A stretch of 64,000 nt of DNA from Nannocystales bacterium (lineage in GTDB: Bacteria > Myxococcota_A > Polyangia > Nannocystales > Nannocystaceae): the NCBI GenBank assembly GCA_050633305.1, contig JBOEGF010000005.1, positions 256,001 to 320,000 of the forward strand. The letters are read 5' to 3'. Below are positions 36,423 to 46,042 of the stretch, piece by piece; position 1 is the first letter of the stretch, and the number at the start of each line of letters is the position of its first letter. The notes under the pieces are model-generated. The model had not been told where the DNA came from. It made no database searches and was given only the letters and a program-made list of their open reading frames with translations. The position numbers and the translations under genes were made by a program.

Positions 36423-38840
36423 TCACTCCGCCGAGGTGTTGGTGAACAGCTCGGTGAGTCGGCAGGGTTGCCCGCGAAGCGACGGACACTCGGGCAGTTC
36501 GGTGGGCACCGCGAGCCCTGGGATGGTTGGGAGCACGATGCTCGAGGCGTTGTTCATCGAGTGTGCAATCGAGTGGGTCGTTCCCGACGGGAGGTCTTGC
36601 AGCGAGAATCGCCAGCCTGTCCGGCTCGCTCCGGGCGTGTCGATGATGACCCGGACCCGAGAACCCGCGCGGAACACGTGTCCGAACGCCATCACTTCGA
36701 CGCGGACGAGCGTCCACTCACCGTCGGGCAGTGGTTCGACGTCCTCCTCGAGGAAGGTCTTCACCGGACGCAGCTCGGTCGCATCGGCCGCGAGAGTGCG
36801 AAGGCTGGCGCGCTGCCAGCCGCCCTGTACGTACATCTCTTGGCCGTCGGGGCGGAGCTCGCTCAGCGTGATCTCGATGTCGGCATCGTCGGCCGTGGAT
36901 TGAATCCACAGGTCGGCGCTCCCATGCCCGAGCATGACGGTGTCTTCGGCGAAGGGCTCGCTATCGAACACGATGCCGCGTCCGGACTCTGGCAGGGGCC
37001 AGTCGTATTCCGGCGTGAGGTCCCATTCTCCGGAACCGGGCGCGAGTGTGCTGCGTTGTCCCTCGTCCGGGTCGTGTTCGAAGATCGATGCACCGGCCTC
37101 GTCGGCAGAGGGCTCAGCCCGCATCGCCCCGTCGCCGTGGAAGTACAGTCGCAATGGCTCGGTCCCCTCTGGAGGCCACTGATCGAAGGAGGCCTCCCAC
37201 GTGCCCTGCGGAGCACCGATGTCGGTGTCCGGGGATGCGCCACTCTCGAAGATGACCCGCAGATCCTGTTCGGCTTCGTACGCCGCCAGAGCATCCTCGA
37301 AGCTGTTGTACTCGCTGAATCGGTCCTCGGGGAACTCGATCTGCGCGCCGAGGAGTGCTTCGAACATCAGCGGCGCAAGCACCCGAAGCTCCGGGTCGAT
37401 CTGCGGGACCTCTTCACGCAGGTAGAAGCTGAGGAAGTTGTTCCACTCGACGAGCGTCTGCGGAGCGTATCCGTCGGGGTGCACTCCGTTGAGCACGGTC
37501 ATGCGCACGGTCGGGGACCCCGTGAACTTGTCCAGGACCGACGCGAAGCCCGGCCCCGTCTGCTCGTCTTGCCACTGCCCGGTCAGGAACACCGGGACCT
37601 GGATGTCCGGAGCTTTGAGGTTGAGGTTGAGGGGGTCCGCCACCTCCGGGTCGTAGAACGGGTTTTCGTAGGCCTTGGCGATGATGTCGACGGCCTGCCC
37701 GTGCAGGAGCTGGTTGTCGTCGCAGAAGGGGTCGCCGTCCGCGATGACCCCTTCCTCCCAACCTTGTCCGTACGGCTCGGCACGGGACAGCACACGGTCC
37801 GCCCACTCCAGAGCGAATCCGTCGTTGAGGATGCCGCCCGGGACCAGGATCGACTGTGCGTCCGCGATGATCGACAGCGGTGTGATCGCCGCCAAGCTCG
37901 GCGGTTGCTCTGCGGCCACGAAGGCCTGAGAGATACCGGGGTAGGACAGCCCCGCCATCGCCACCTTGTTCCCCTGGACCCATGGTTGGGCCGCAACCGC
38001 CTCGACGACGTCGTAGCCGTCGAGGTTCTGCAGCGTCTCGAAGAAGTCGTACGCGCCGCCGGAGCAGCCCGTGCCACGCATGTTCACGCCCACGGTCGCG
38101 TATCCCAGGATGCCGCCGATCAAGCCGCTGGGGTGATCGGGGGCGTCGCAAAGCACCGGGTAGTCGGGGCAGAGCCCTTCCACGGGAATATCCCCCAGGT
38201 CCAACGGCGACCCGGGGCGCGAAGGTGAGTAGCCCGAGTAGTTCACGAGCGTCGGGTACGGCCCATCTTCGGGCGGGCCGGGCAGGGATACGAAGACCGA
38301 CAGCCGGGTGCCGTCACGCGTCTCGATGTAACCGAAGCCTGGCTCGAGCACCTGGTCCCCGTAGAACGCCTGCTCCGGGAGGCTGTTTTCGACGGACATC
38401 ACCACGAGTTCGCGGGTGTAGATGTCCGCGTTGTCGGTCTCGCGAATGACGTAGCCCTCGCCCGGCTCGACCTGGCGGAAGATCAGGCTGCCGAGGTCGT
38501 CCGTCATGTCGGTCTGGACCTGAGTTCCGTCGGCATCGTAGAGCGTGAGGCTGGTGCCGGGAGTCGTCCTCGTGATGTGGAGCTGCTCAACGCTCTCCCG
38601 CACCTCGAAGTCCGCCGTTCCCGGGTCCCCGCCCGTCGAATCGTCCGCGCTCGTGTCCTCCTCACCCCCGGAACTCGTGCTCGTGTCGGCCCCGCTCGTC
38701 GTCGAGCCAGGCGCCGTGGGGTCCTCTGTCTCGTTCCCATCGGTTCCGCTGCTCGACGTGGCCGGGTCCCCGCAGCCGACCACCCCGGCAAGGACTGGAA
38801 AGGCAAGCAGACGAAGTGAACGAAGAACGTCGAGTCCCAT
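36423..38840 (-). CDS. CocE/NonD-family alpha/beta hydrolase lipoprotein
   Basis: TRDGTRL, RGTGCSGG, GLSYPG nucleophile, C-terminal jelly-roll (GHVFRAGSRVRV). Confidence 0.88.
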   Translation of the reverse strand: MGLDVLRSLRLLAFPVLAGVVGCGDPATSSSGTDGNETEDPTAPGSTTSGADTSTSSGGEEDTSADDSTGGDPGTADFEVRESVEQLHITRTTPGTSLTLYDADGTQVQTDMTDDLGSLIFRQVEPGEGYVIRETDNADIYTRELVVMSVENSLPEQAFYGDQVLEPGFGYIETRDGTRLSVFVSLPGPPEDGPYPTLVNYSGYSPSRPGSPLDLGDIPVEGLCPDYPVLCDAPDHPSGLIGGILGYATVGVNMRGTGCSGGAYDFFETLQNLDGYDVVEAVAAQPWVQGNKVAMAGLSYPGISQAFVAAEQPPSLAAITPLSIIADAQSILVPGGILNDGFALEWADRVLSRAEPYGQGWEEGVIADGDPFCDDNQLLHGQAVDIIAKAYENPFYDPEVADPLNLNLKAPDIQVPVFLTGQWQDEQTGPGFASVLDKFTGSPTVRMTVLNGVHPDGYAPQTLVEWNNFLSFYLREEVPQIDPELRVLAPLMFEALLGAQIEFPEDRFSEYNSFEDALAAYEAEQDLRVIFESGASPDTDIGAPQGTWEASFDQWPPEGTEPLRLYFHGDGAMRAEPSADEAGASIFEHDPDEGQRSTLAPGSGEWDLTPEYDWPLPESGRGIVFDSEPFAEDTVMLGHGSADLWIQSTADDADIEITLSELRPDGQEMYVQGGWQRASLRTLAADATELRPVKTFLEEDVEPLPDGEWTLVRVEVMAFGHVFRAGSRVRVIIDTPGASRTGWRFSLQDLPSGTTHSIAHSMNNASSIVLPTIPGLAVPTELPECPSLRGQPCRLTELFTNTSAE

Positions 38841-39031
38841 GGCAAGTCCGGTCCGACGGATTCGGAAAGCCACCACGCTCGCCGAATGTCAGATGAGCCT
38901 TGGTACCACGCGGCCATGAGTGCCGGACAGGTGGGTCTTCAACCCACTCGCGCGTCGTAGGCAACCCGTCGGGCCGGTCGAGGGGTCGATAGGGTTTCAA
39001 GGGGGACAATGTGGAGAAGAACACGACGACG

Positions 39032-39835
39032 CTAGGGCTGGTATTGCCGCTTCAACCGTTCTGCGAGCTTGTCGACTTCGGGGAAGACCGTGAAGGCGTC
39101 GAATCCGAACGCTTCCAGCTCGTCGGTCAGGCGAGGTACGTCTTCCAGGTCGATTCTGGCCAGCTGCTGGTCGCTCTTCTCTCCAGCTTCGAAGATTTCC
39201 TCAAGGCTCGCGGTGCCCGAGCCATGGACGGTGAACACACCTTGCTGGGCAATGATACGTGGTGTGGTTCGATAGGGTTGCAGGGCAATCGGCAGCTCGT
39301 TCGAGAAGGTCTTGCCGTCGTATTGGAACGTCTTCGTCGGTTCTCCTGACGAGACGTGTGATGGAAGCCAGTGCTCGGAGAATCGAAGCCCAGCCACGTA
39401 GACCTCGTCGTCGCCTTGTGTGATCTTGTTGAGCTTTCCCGCGTCCATCATCCACACGCAGGGGCAAGCACCGTCGGAGACGCCCTGAAGTGCGAAGAAC
39501 AAGGAGATCAGCGGGGAGGCCGACCAATCCGCAAGGCGGGTCGGGAGTCCGTAGTGCTGTGCGGCGAAGTACCAGGACCATTCATCGACGGGTGGTGGCG
39601 ACAGATACGCGGGAGCATCCCGCTGGAACATGTTGAACATCGACACGTCGTCGCAATCCTCTCGCCACACCGCGCCTGGAAGGATGCTTAGGCTGCGGTC
39701 GTTGATGCCACGAAACCACAGCTCTTGGGCCTTTCCGCCGCGAGCCCACTGACGGCGCACCTCTCCGACGTTGCTTACATATTGCGCAAGCGTCTTCACC
39801 CGCCTGGTCTTCATGGGGATCAGCATCTCTTCCAC
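39032..39835 (-). CDS. FRG-domain protein
   Basis: WFRG and AQHYGLPTRLADWSASPLISLFFA, RIIAQQGVFT. Start uncertain (39814 is also possible). Confidence 0.9.
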   Translation of the reverse strand: MEEMLIPMKTRRVKTLAQYVSNVGEVRRQWARGGKAQELWFRGINDRSLSILPGAVWREDCDDVSMFNMFQRDAPAYLSPPPVDEWSWYFAAQHYGLPTRLADWSASPLISLFFALQGVSDGACPCVWMMDAGKLNKITQGDDEVYVAGLRFSEHWLPSHVSSGEPTKTFQYDGKTFSNELPIALQPYRTTPRIIAQQGVFTVHGSGTASLEEIFEAGEKSDQQLARIDLEDVPRLTDELEAFGFDAFTVFPEVDKLAERLKRQYQP

Positions 39836-39949
39836 TGTGCTTGCGGGTCAACGCGCCGCCCCCTACCTGCCCACGGGTCGCCCACAACGCACGCCTTGGA
39901 GGCCATTGTTGGCGAAGACAGTGCCCGCTGCCGCGAGGTGGAGGTCGTG

Positions 39950-40161
39950 GCGGCGTGGCGTCGAGGAACCCGGTCCACAGCGCACGATCGTCGAGGCCGC
40001 CGAACAAGAGCTTCTCGAAGGAGCACCGCGACGCGACGGAGCGGCTTGAGATCGGCGAATGAACCGTGGTGTTCCCGACGAGTACGTTCGAAGATCTTGG
40101 CCTGTGGGTCGGTGGGCTCGCGGCTCGTCCGGGAGTTGGACGTGACGTCTGGATCTCGTGA
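39950..40161 (+). pseudogene. Probable degraded C-terminal fragment of a REP-associated tyrosine (Y1) transposase
   Basis: VASRNP...KSFSKEHRDATERLEIGE*TVVFPTSTF with an internal stop at 40060-40062 resembles the recalled C-terminal F..YR.A...GE..V.FP.GT pattern; no HUH region seen. Confidence 0.35.
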
Positions 40162-40456
40162 ACTTGTGAGTGTCGTTGGCACGCAACCGTAGAGGTGAGC
40201 AGCGCCGGGTGCGGCCTGGGGATGCCGTGGTCCTACGAGTCAACGCTTCGGCGTGGTCGTCGCAAGGCCAGAACCATCGCAAGTCTACGAGCAGCAGGTG
40301 AGCCTTCGATGCGCCGCGCCGGAGCGGCTTCGGGTCGGTCGCTCCGCTCGAAGGGACGGCTTGCGCGGGGCCTACCCGGGGGCAAGGGACTGGACCCAGC
40401 GTCTCTACCATGTCGCGGCGCCGCGTCGTTGTGTTCCGTCGCCAGGGCAACAGCCC

Positions 40457-40482
40457 GGGGTCTCGATTGGGGTCTCGACCCC
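40457..40482. repeat. Short REP-like repeat/palindrome
   Basis: GGGGTCTCGA occurs twice (40457, 40469); the second copy forms the palindrome GGGGTC-TC-GACCCC. Confidence 0.45.
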
Positions 40483-40546
40483 ACGTTCAGATCGGCCCAC
40501 TCCGGTCCCTGCCCGTGCACGGCGACTCAGGGTATCCTCCCCTCGC

Positions 40547-41863
40547 ATGCGTCGAGCAATCCCGCTTGTCTTGGTGTTCTGGGCCGGGTGCGATGCCCAC
40601 GAGCCGCTGTACCCGATCGCGGATGCGCCCCAGGCGGCGCCGCGGTCCGTCGAGGTGTCCGACCCGCCGAAGTCCACGGAGGACAAGCCTGAGTTCGATG
40701 CGGAGAAGGTCGCGAAGTGTGTCCGCGGTACGGGCCGCAACACGGAGGGTACGTGCGAGGTCCTCCGCACCCGCAAGGGCGCGTACGGTCAACAAGTCCA
40801 GCTCCCCCGCGGCCTGTTTGTGATGGGCGACATCCCGATGCGCTACGACGCGACGAAGGCTCGCGAGTCACTGAAGTCGGCATGGTCGGGGCAACCGCCT
40901 CGCGGCACGAAAGCAGCAGCGTTTTGGCTCGACCTCCACGAGGTGACGCGTGCCTCGTACGCGGCGTGCGTCAAAGAGGGCACATGCTCGGCCGCGGTCT
41001 GTCCGACCGGCCAGGACGACGGTCGCAAGACGTACTCCGAAGAAGTGCTCGCCCAAGTCCCGCAGACGTGCGTGACCCGAGCGCAAAGTCAGACGTTCTG
41101 CGAAGCTCACGGCGGCCGGCTTCCGTCAGAGGCGGAGTGGGAGTACGCGGCGCGCGGACCTGATGGCCGGCGATTCCCGTGGGGCAATGAGGTGATGGAC
41201 GAGTACCGAGGCGTGCTCACGCCAGTCACGGGGATGGTGGACACGTCGTTCTTCGGGTTTCGCGGAATGGGCTCCAACGCGCTGGAGTGGGTCGGGGATG
41301 ACTTCGAGTTGGACACCGGCCTCAAGCCATTCATCACCAAGCCGTTCCGAGGCGAGGGAGCGTTCTCCAAGGCCTACGCTGCCAAGTCGCCCAAGTCCGG
41401 CGTGGCCAAGGGGGGGCGCGCGGGATTCCGGCGCGAGTCGTCCGAGGCCAACGGGTTGCTTGGGTTTCGCTGCGCGGCGGATGTTGGCCCGGAGGTCGTG
41501 CCGCTCGACGTACCGCAGCCGATGGCCACCATTCCCCATGTGGCGACAGGCGCGGGACTGCGCTGGTTCGGCGGCGTGGCCGAGGGGGTGACGCGCAAGG
41601 AGGCGGATGCGTTCTGCTCGGTGCTTCGCGTGCCGTGGGATGACGGCATTCTCGAGAACTGGCGCTTGCCGACCCTCGCCGAGGTCGAAGCCTCTGCAGA
41701 GGTGTTCCGAGGCCCAGGTCCGTTCTGGTCCAGCGATGGCGCGCTCCATCAGCAGCCGGCCAGAGAAGGTCTCACGGCACCTGCGGATGCACCGTGGGTG
41801 AAGATCGAACAACCTCCCACCGCACCGCTTGCGGCCCGCTGCGTCGTGGCGATCCCATCATGA
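40547..41863 (+). CDS. FGE-sulfatase (SUMF1-like) domain lipoprotein with a second C-type-lectin-like (DUF1566-like) module
   Basis: FVMG, LDLHEVT, RLPSEAEWEYAARG, NALEW, GFRC; second WRLPTLAE motif. Confidence 0.82.
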   Translation: MRRAIPLVLVFWAGCDAHEPLYPIADAPQAAPRSVEVSDPPKSTEDKPEFDAEKVAKCVRGTGRNTEGTCEVLRTRKGAYGQQVQLPRGLFVMGDIPMRYDATKARESLKSAWSGQPPRGTKAAAFWLDLHEVTRASYAACVKEGTCSAAVCPTGQDDGRKTYSEEVLAQVPQTCVTRAQSQTFCEAHGGRLPSEAEWEYAARGPDGRRFPWGNEVMDEYRGVLTPVTGMVDTSFFGFRGMGSNALEWVGDDFELDTGLKPFITKPFRGEGAFSKAYAAKSPKSGVAKGGRAGFRRESSEANGLLGFRCAADVGPEVVPLDVPQPMATIPHVATGAGLRWFGGVAEGVTRKEADAFCSVLRVPWDDGILENWRLPTLAEVEASAEVFRGPGPFWSSDGALHQQPAREGLTAPADAPWVKIEQPPTAPLAARCVVAIPS

Positions 41864-43578
41864 ACCTCTCGTACGTACTCTCGGGCACCGCGTTCACACT
41901 CCTCGTGCTGGCGTCGCCGCTGGCGAACGCTTCGGTCGATGCCCGTATCACGGCGAGCCGCACATCCTGCGTTTCGCCGTGCCCCGTGATGGTCACGGCG
42001 GAGGGCACGGAGTCCTCGGAGACCGACGCGCCCTGGCATGAGCTTGGCTACCACTTCGACTTCGGCGACCCCGATTCGGGGGAATGGGACACCACGGGTC
42101 TGTCCAAGGCTCGCCAGGTGGGTGGCCCCATGGCGATGCACACGTTCGAGTGCTCGGCCGGGCAGTGCGTGTTCGTCATCGGCATGCGCGCCCAGGATGC
42201 GAGCGGGGCGTTCGATGACGCGTTTGTCGAGGTCGTCGTCGATGCACCCGATCACCGCTACGCAGCCACGGACACGGTCTGCGTGTCACCTTCGTCGACG
42301 TTCTTCGAGGGCGGCGATGATGTTCCGTGTCCTGAAGGCGCAGTGACGAGCACCCAAGTCCCGAACCTGGGCGACTTCACGGGGCGACGGATTCTGCTGC
42401 GCCGCGGGGAATCGTTCGACCGGGTTTGCATTGGCTTTGGCGAGAGCGAGGTGTTGATCGAGCCGTACGGTCGTGAGGGCGACGCCAGACCCGAGGTTGC
42501 GGGGGTCGAAGTCGGTCGTGCGGGCGAGTGCGGCGACCACTTGCCCACGACCGAGCAAGCGCTGAGCTATGGCGAGCGCTGGGCCTCGGACCTGACTGTC
42601 ACCGGTCTGCGAACGCCCGACGTCGCGTTGGGCATGTCGTATTCGAACGTGTCGGTTGTCGGCAACGACCTCGACTATCGGGACGAGCCCCGGGGTGGCG
42701 AGATCCATCTGTCCGAAAGCGGGCGCATCTGCACGACGCAAGGCGACCTCGACTGCAGCGCCGTGCCGTATCCGTACGGCGTGTACGTGGTCGAGAACAC
42801 GGTGATCGGCTCGAGCGCTGCCCCTCCGGCGTTCAACATCAGCGCGTTCAACTGCCCCATGCTCAACTGGGTTGGGTTGGCTGGAAACGTGGTCGAGCAG
42901 GCCACAGGCCACAACTACCGCTCACAGGGACACTGGCGCGGGGTTTGGATGCACAACGAAGTCCGCGGCACCCACCTGACCACAGGCAAGCAGAAGCTGA
43001 CGATCCGCGGTACGGGGACCCTCGACTATGAGCCGGTTGGCTTTCGCGGGGACAACCCGGATTGCACCTCCGCGGAGACCGGCAACAAGAGTCGGTATGG
43101 AGTGGTCGCCGACAACATCCTGGGCAGCGAGACCTCGAGCCGCGGGGATGGGTTCAAGAGCGGTGCTCACCCGCAGAACGTGGGCTCGGTCGAGGGGCTC
43201 GAGGACATCATCTTCGAGCGCAACACGTTCATCGAGGTTCCCGGTGAGCTGACCACGGACATCAACCTCGCCGGGCGCAACCTGACGTGCCGGGCGGACA
43301 ACGTCTGGTCCAGCCCCGACAACACCAATCGCAACTGCAAGACAGGCGACCACCTGCAGCTACCGCCGGAGTTTCAGGGCCCGTACCGCGAGGCGCAGGT
43401 GCCCCCGACGGCACCGGATGCGCCGGGGCGTGATGGCACTGAGACGTCGACCGGAGCGAACGAGGATTCGGATGGTGGAGGCCTGTCATGCTCCTGCCGC
43501 CAAACGGGGACGGGCGGGGGTGGCGGCAGTGCGGCGCTACTTGCCGTGATGCTCGGCCTCCTCAGACGCCGACGCTGA
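41860..43578 (+). CDS. Secreted PKD-like plus beta-helix-like protein with MYXO-CTERM anchor
   Basis: YHFDFGDP, ILLRRGESF, Asn-rich repeats; C-terminus GGLSCSC...LLAVMLGLLRRRR. Confidence 0.75.
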   Translation: MNLSYVLSGTAFTLLVLASPLANASVDARITASRTSCVSPCPVMVTAEGTESSETDAPWHELGYHFDFGDPDSGEWDTTGLSKARQVGGPMAMHTFECSAGQCVFVIGMRAQDASGAFDDAFVEVVVDAPDHRYAATDTVCVSPSSTFFEGGDDVPCPEGAVTSTQVPNLGDFTGRRILLRRGESFDRVCIGFGESEVLIEPYGREGDARPEVAGVEVGRAGECGDHLPTTEQALSYGERWASDLTVTGLRTPDVALGMSYSNVSVVGNDLDYRDEPRGGEIHLSESGRICTTQGDLDCSAVPYPYGVYVVENTVIGSSAAPPAFNISAFNCPMLNWVGLAGNVVEQATGHNYRSQGHWRGVWMHNEVRGTHLTTGKQKLTIRGTGTLDYEPVGFRGDNPDCTSAETGNKSRYGVVADNILGSETSSRGDGFKSGAHPQNVGSVEGLEDIIFERNTFIEVPGELTTDINLAGRNLTCRADNVWSSPDNTNRNCKTGDHLQLPPEFQGPYREAQVPPTAPDAPGRDGTETSTGANEDSDGGGLSCSCRQTGTGGGGGSAALLAVMLGLLRRRR

Positions 43579-43648
43579 GCGAACCACGCCCCGTCACGCC
43601 GCAATCTGGCTCGCCCCAGCGTGTCGGGTATGTTAGTTTTCGAGTCCA

Positions 43649-44155
43649 ATGCTCCGCGTGACGACCGCCGCGTTCGCCGTTCTTCTCTGCACTGCATGTG
43701 ATGGAGGAGGTGCCAAGGCCAAGCCCGAGGGTGCGGCGGCGGCCAAGCCCGACCCTGCCCCCGCCGCAGCGAAGGCCGAGGAGCCGGCATCCTCCGAGCC
43801 TCCTCCTGCTGCGGATGGCGATCCCCTGGGAGCACGGTTCCAAGATCCTCCCTGGTTCCGAAAGGAAATGTTCGGTGACCAGGCCAAGTTCGTCGACTTC
43901 GCCCGCTCCGAGGCCAACGAGGCGGGGCTGTTCAAGAGCCACGTGATCTTCGAACTCCCCGAAGGCACGACGACCGACAAGTGCGTCGAGATGGTCACGG
44001 GCAAGCTCGAGGGGGCGGTGGAGTTGACGGTCGAAGACCAACCCAACGATCGCAAGCAGCTCAAGGGCACGACCGAGCGCTACGACGTCACCGCGATGTG
44101 TGGTGATGCCGAGGGCAAGATGAAGGCGTACATCGCCTACGAGTGGACGCGCTGA
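43649..44155 (+). CDS. Hypothetical lipoprotein
   Basis: Lipobox CTAC, Ala/Pro linker, then a small globular domain. Confidence 0.75.
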   Translation: MLRVTTAAFAVLLCTACDGGGAKAKPEGAAAAKPDPAPAAAKAEEPASSEPPPAADGDPLGARFQDPPWFRKEMFGDQAKFVDFARSEANEAGLFKSHVIFELPEGTTTDKCVEMVTGKLEGAVELTVEDQPNDRKQLKGTTERYDVTAMCGDAEGKMKAYIAYEWTR

Positions 44156-44313
44156 GGCGGGCGCCGGGTTTGTCTCGGGCCGACGCGAGGTAGGAGTCGA
44201 CCGCACGTGGCCTGAGAGCGGCCGTAGTGCAGTGCCTACGGCCGATTCATGCGCGTCGGGTGGACGCTGCCATCTCCGCATATTAGCTTGATAAAGCGGT
44301 GGAGAAGGATGCT

Positions 44314-45063
44314 GTGTACTCGCCCTTCGGGTGGTCGGTCGGTCGCAGCGGCCAGACTCGCGCGCAGGTTCGAGATGAGGTGCGCTCGGTCGTCGACCGG
44401 GTCACCGAGCGTTGGGCGACCGTGTTTCCCGAGCGCGATGGGTATCGCGTCTGTGCATCGTCTCCCGCTGGACCCAGCAACGGGGTTCGCCTCACGGTCG
44501 AGCGTGGCAACTTCCGAGCGTCGGTCTCCGTCGAGTCGATTCGCGACCCCAGCCGCCACGCCCGCGAGCATCAGGCGGTCCGGATGTACGGCCGGGCCGA
44601 AGCGCGAGCGTTGGTCTCTGCCGCCGCGGCCAGCCACCGATCGATCGCCCGTTTGCGACAGGTCGGCGTTGCCGTCAGCGCGCTGATGTTCATCCCGTTT
44701 TTGTGGCTTGTCGCGGGGGCTCAGAGCACCGCGTTTGTGCTCGCTGGCATGCTCTGCATGGTCGCTGGAATCGCGACCACGACGCTGGGCGCCAGCTTGG
44801 GCGCCTATCTCGGAGAGTGCGTCGCGGCCGGAGCCCGAAGGCGGGCGATCGCCGAGACGTCGGTCGACACCCAGCTCAAGGAGGACCTTCGCCGGTGGCG
44901 TGCCTTCAGTCGCGAGCTGTCCGGAACCCGGCAAGCGCTCACGGGCGCTGCCGTGGCGGGGCCGTTCCGAGGCCTCACGCCCGATGGTCGAGCCACGCGG
45001 CGCACGCCCAGCCGACCCTTGCCGCGGTTGGCGACTACTTCTTTTTCTTTTTCTTCTTCTTGA
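44314..45063 (+). CDS. Hypothetical membrane protein
   Basis: Two TM segments; AAGGA RBS before GTG 44314; 3' end overlaps the convergent gene. Confidence 0.6.
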   Translation: MYSPFGWSVGRSGQTRAQVRDEVRSVVDRVTERWATVFPERDGYRVCASSPAGPSNGVRLTVERGNFRASVSVESIRDPSRHAREHQAVRMYGRAEARALVSAAAASHRSIARLRQVGVAVSALMFIPFLWLVAGAQSTAFVLAGMLCMVAGIATTTLGASLGAYLGECVAAGARRRAIAETSVDTQLKEDLRRWRAFSRELSGTRQALTGAAVAGPFRGLTPDGRATRRTPSRPLPRLATTSFSFSSS

Positions 45064-45964
45064 ACTTCGCCGCGTGCTTGACGTTGCGGTTGGCCTTTTG
45101 GACGACCTGCCCGTCTTGCTGCATTCGCTGCGGCGCTTCGCCGGTCTCTTGGAGCATCTGCCCCTCGGTCATCTGCAGGAGCTGAAGCGTCCCGGCGAAC
45201 AAGAACGGCGAGACCTGCAGCATGAGCCGCTTGTCGAGCTGCTGAAGCTCCACCTGAATCTTCACGGGCAGGCGGATGTTCTTCACCTCGGCCGCCTGCG
45301 GGTAGCCCTCGTGTTCAGGCTGATGCGTGCCGGGATCACCCAGCGGGTGATGCATTCGGCACGCGACCGGGCGGTGCTCCCAGATCCGGCACTTGCCCTT
45401 CTTGGAGTCGAGGTACGGGCATGCCTCCATGCGCTTGGCGTAGCTCAGTCGCCCGCCGCGAACCGCCTTGCTGCCCATCCGGATCTTCGCGGGGTCTTTG
45501 CCCCCGTGCCCGTCCTGGATGTCCTTGAACTGCATCTCGCCGAGCTCGCCCAGATGCTGCGCGACCTGCTGGAAGTCCTTCCACGGTCGGACACGACGGT
45601 AGATCGCCAGCGCCTCGATCGAGGAGACGCCCATCGGTGCCGTGTGACAGGGCCCGTCGCCCCCACTCTCGCCAGGTCGTACGACGTCGTCGCCAATCTC
45701 GGGCAGCTGGGCCCGGACCGCCGCGTGATAGTCGTCGACGTGCGCGAGGAAGACGTCCACCAGGTCGAAGAAACCCCGCGGCAAGCGCTTGGTTTCGGCG
45801 ACGTCGGCCAGGCCCGGGAGGGCACCGATCTTGGTCAGCGTCTCCTTCATGCCCGCCGTGGCGACCGCGGCCGCCTTCTTTGCGCGACGAGGGATCCGCG
45901 TCACCTGGTCCGTCGGGAGCTGGTTGCGACGCCCGAACAGGCCGCTTAGGAACTCCAGAGCCAT
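45035..45964 (-). CDS. YkgJ-family (CxxCxxCC) cysteine-cluster protein with degenerate N-terminal cluster and poly-Lys tail
   Basis: CPYLDSKKGKCRIWEHRPVACR; VSSIEALAI; ends FKKKKKKKK. Confidence 0.75.
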   Translation of the reverse strand: MALEFLSGLFGRRNQLPTDQVTRIPRRAKKAAAVATAGMKETLTKIGALPGLADVAETKRLPRGFFDLVDVFLAHVDDYHAAVRAQLPEIGDDVVRPGESGGDGPCHTAPMGVSSIEALAIYRRVRPWKDFQQVAQHLGELGEMQFKDIQDGHGGKDPAKIRMGSKAVRGGRLSYAKRMEACPYLDSKKGKCRIWEHRPVACRMHHPLGDPGTHQPEHEGYPQAAEVKNIRLPVKIQVELQQLDKRLMLQVSPFLFAGTLQLLQMTEGQMLQETGEAPQRMQQDGQVVQKANRNVKHAAKFKKKKKKKK

Positions 45965-46042
45965 GGCTGGCGGCAATAGCACACCCCGAACCCCCCGAAC
46001 ACCCTTGCCAGCCCGCAATGGCCGCGGGTAGCGTCCCCCGCG

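Noticed and set aside
36192..38228. 678-aa plus-strand ORF
   Set aside because: Antisense shadow of the CocE/NonD hydrolase.
40060..40062. In-frame TGA as a second selenocysteine
   Set aside because: No redox motif context or credible start; better explained as a nonsense codon in a decayed fragment.
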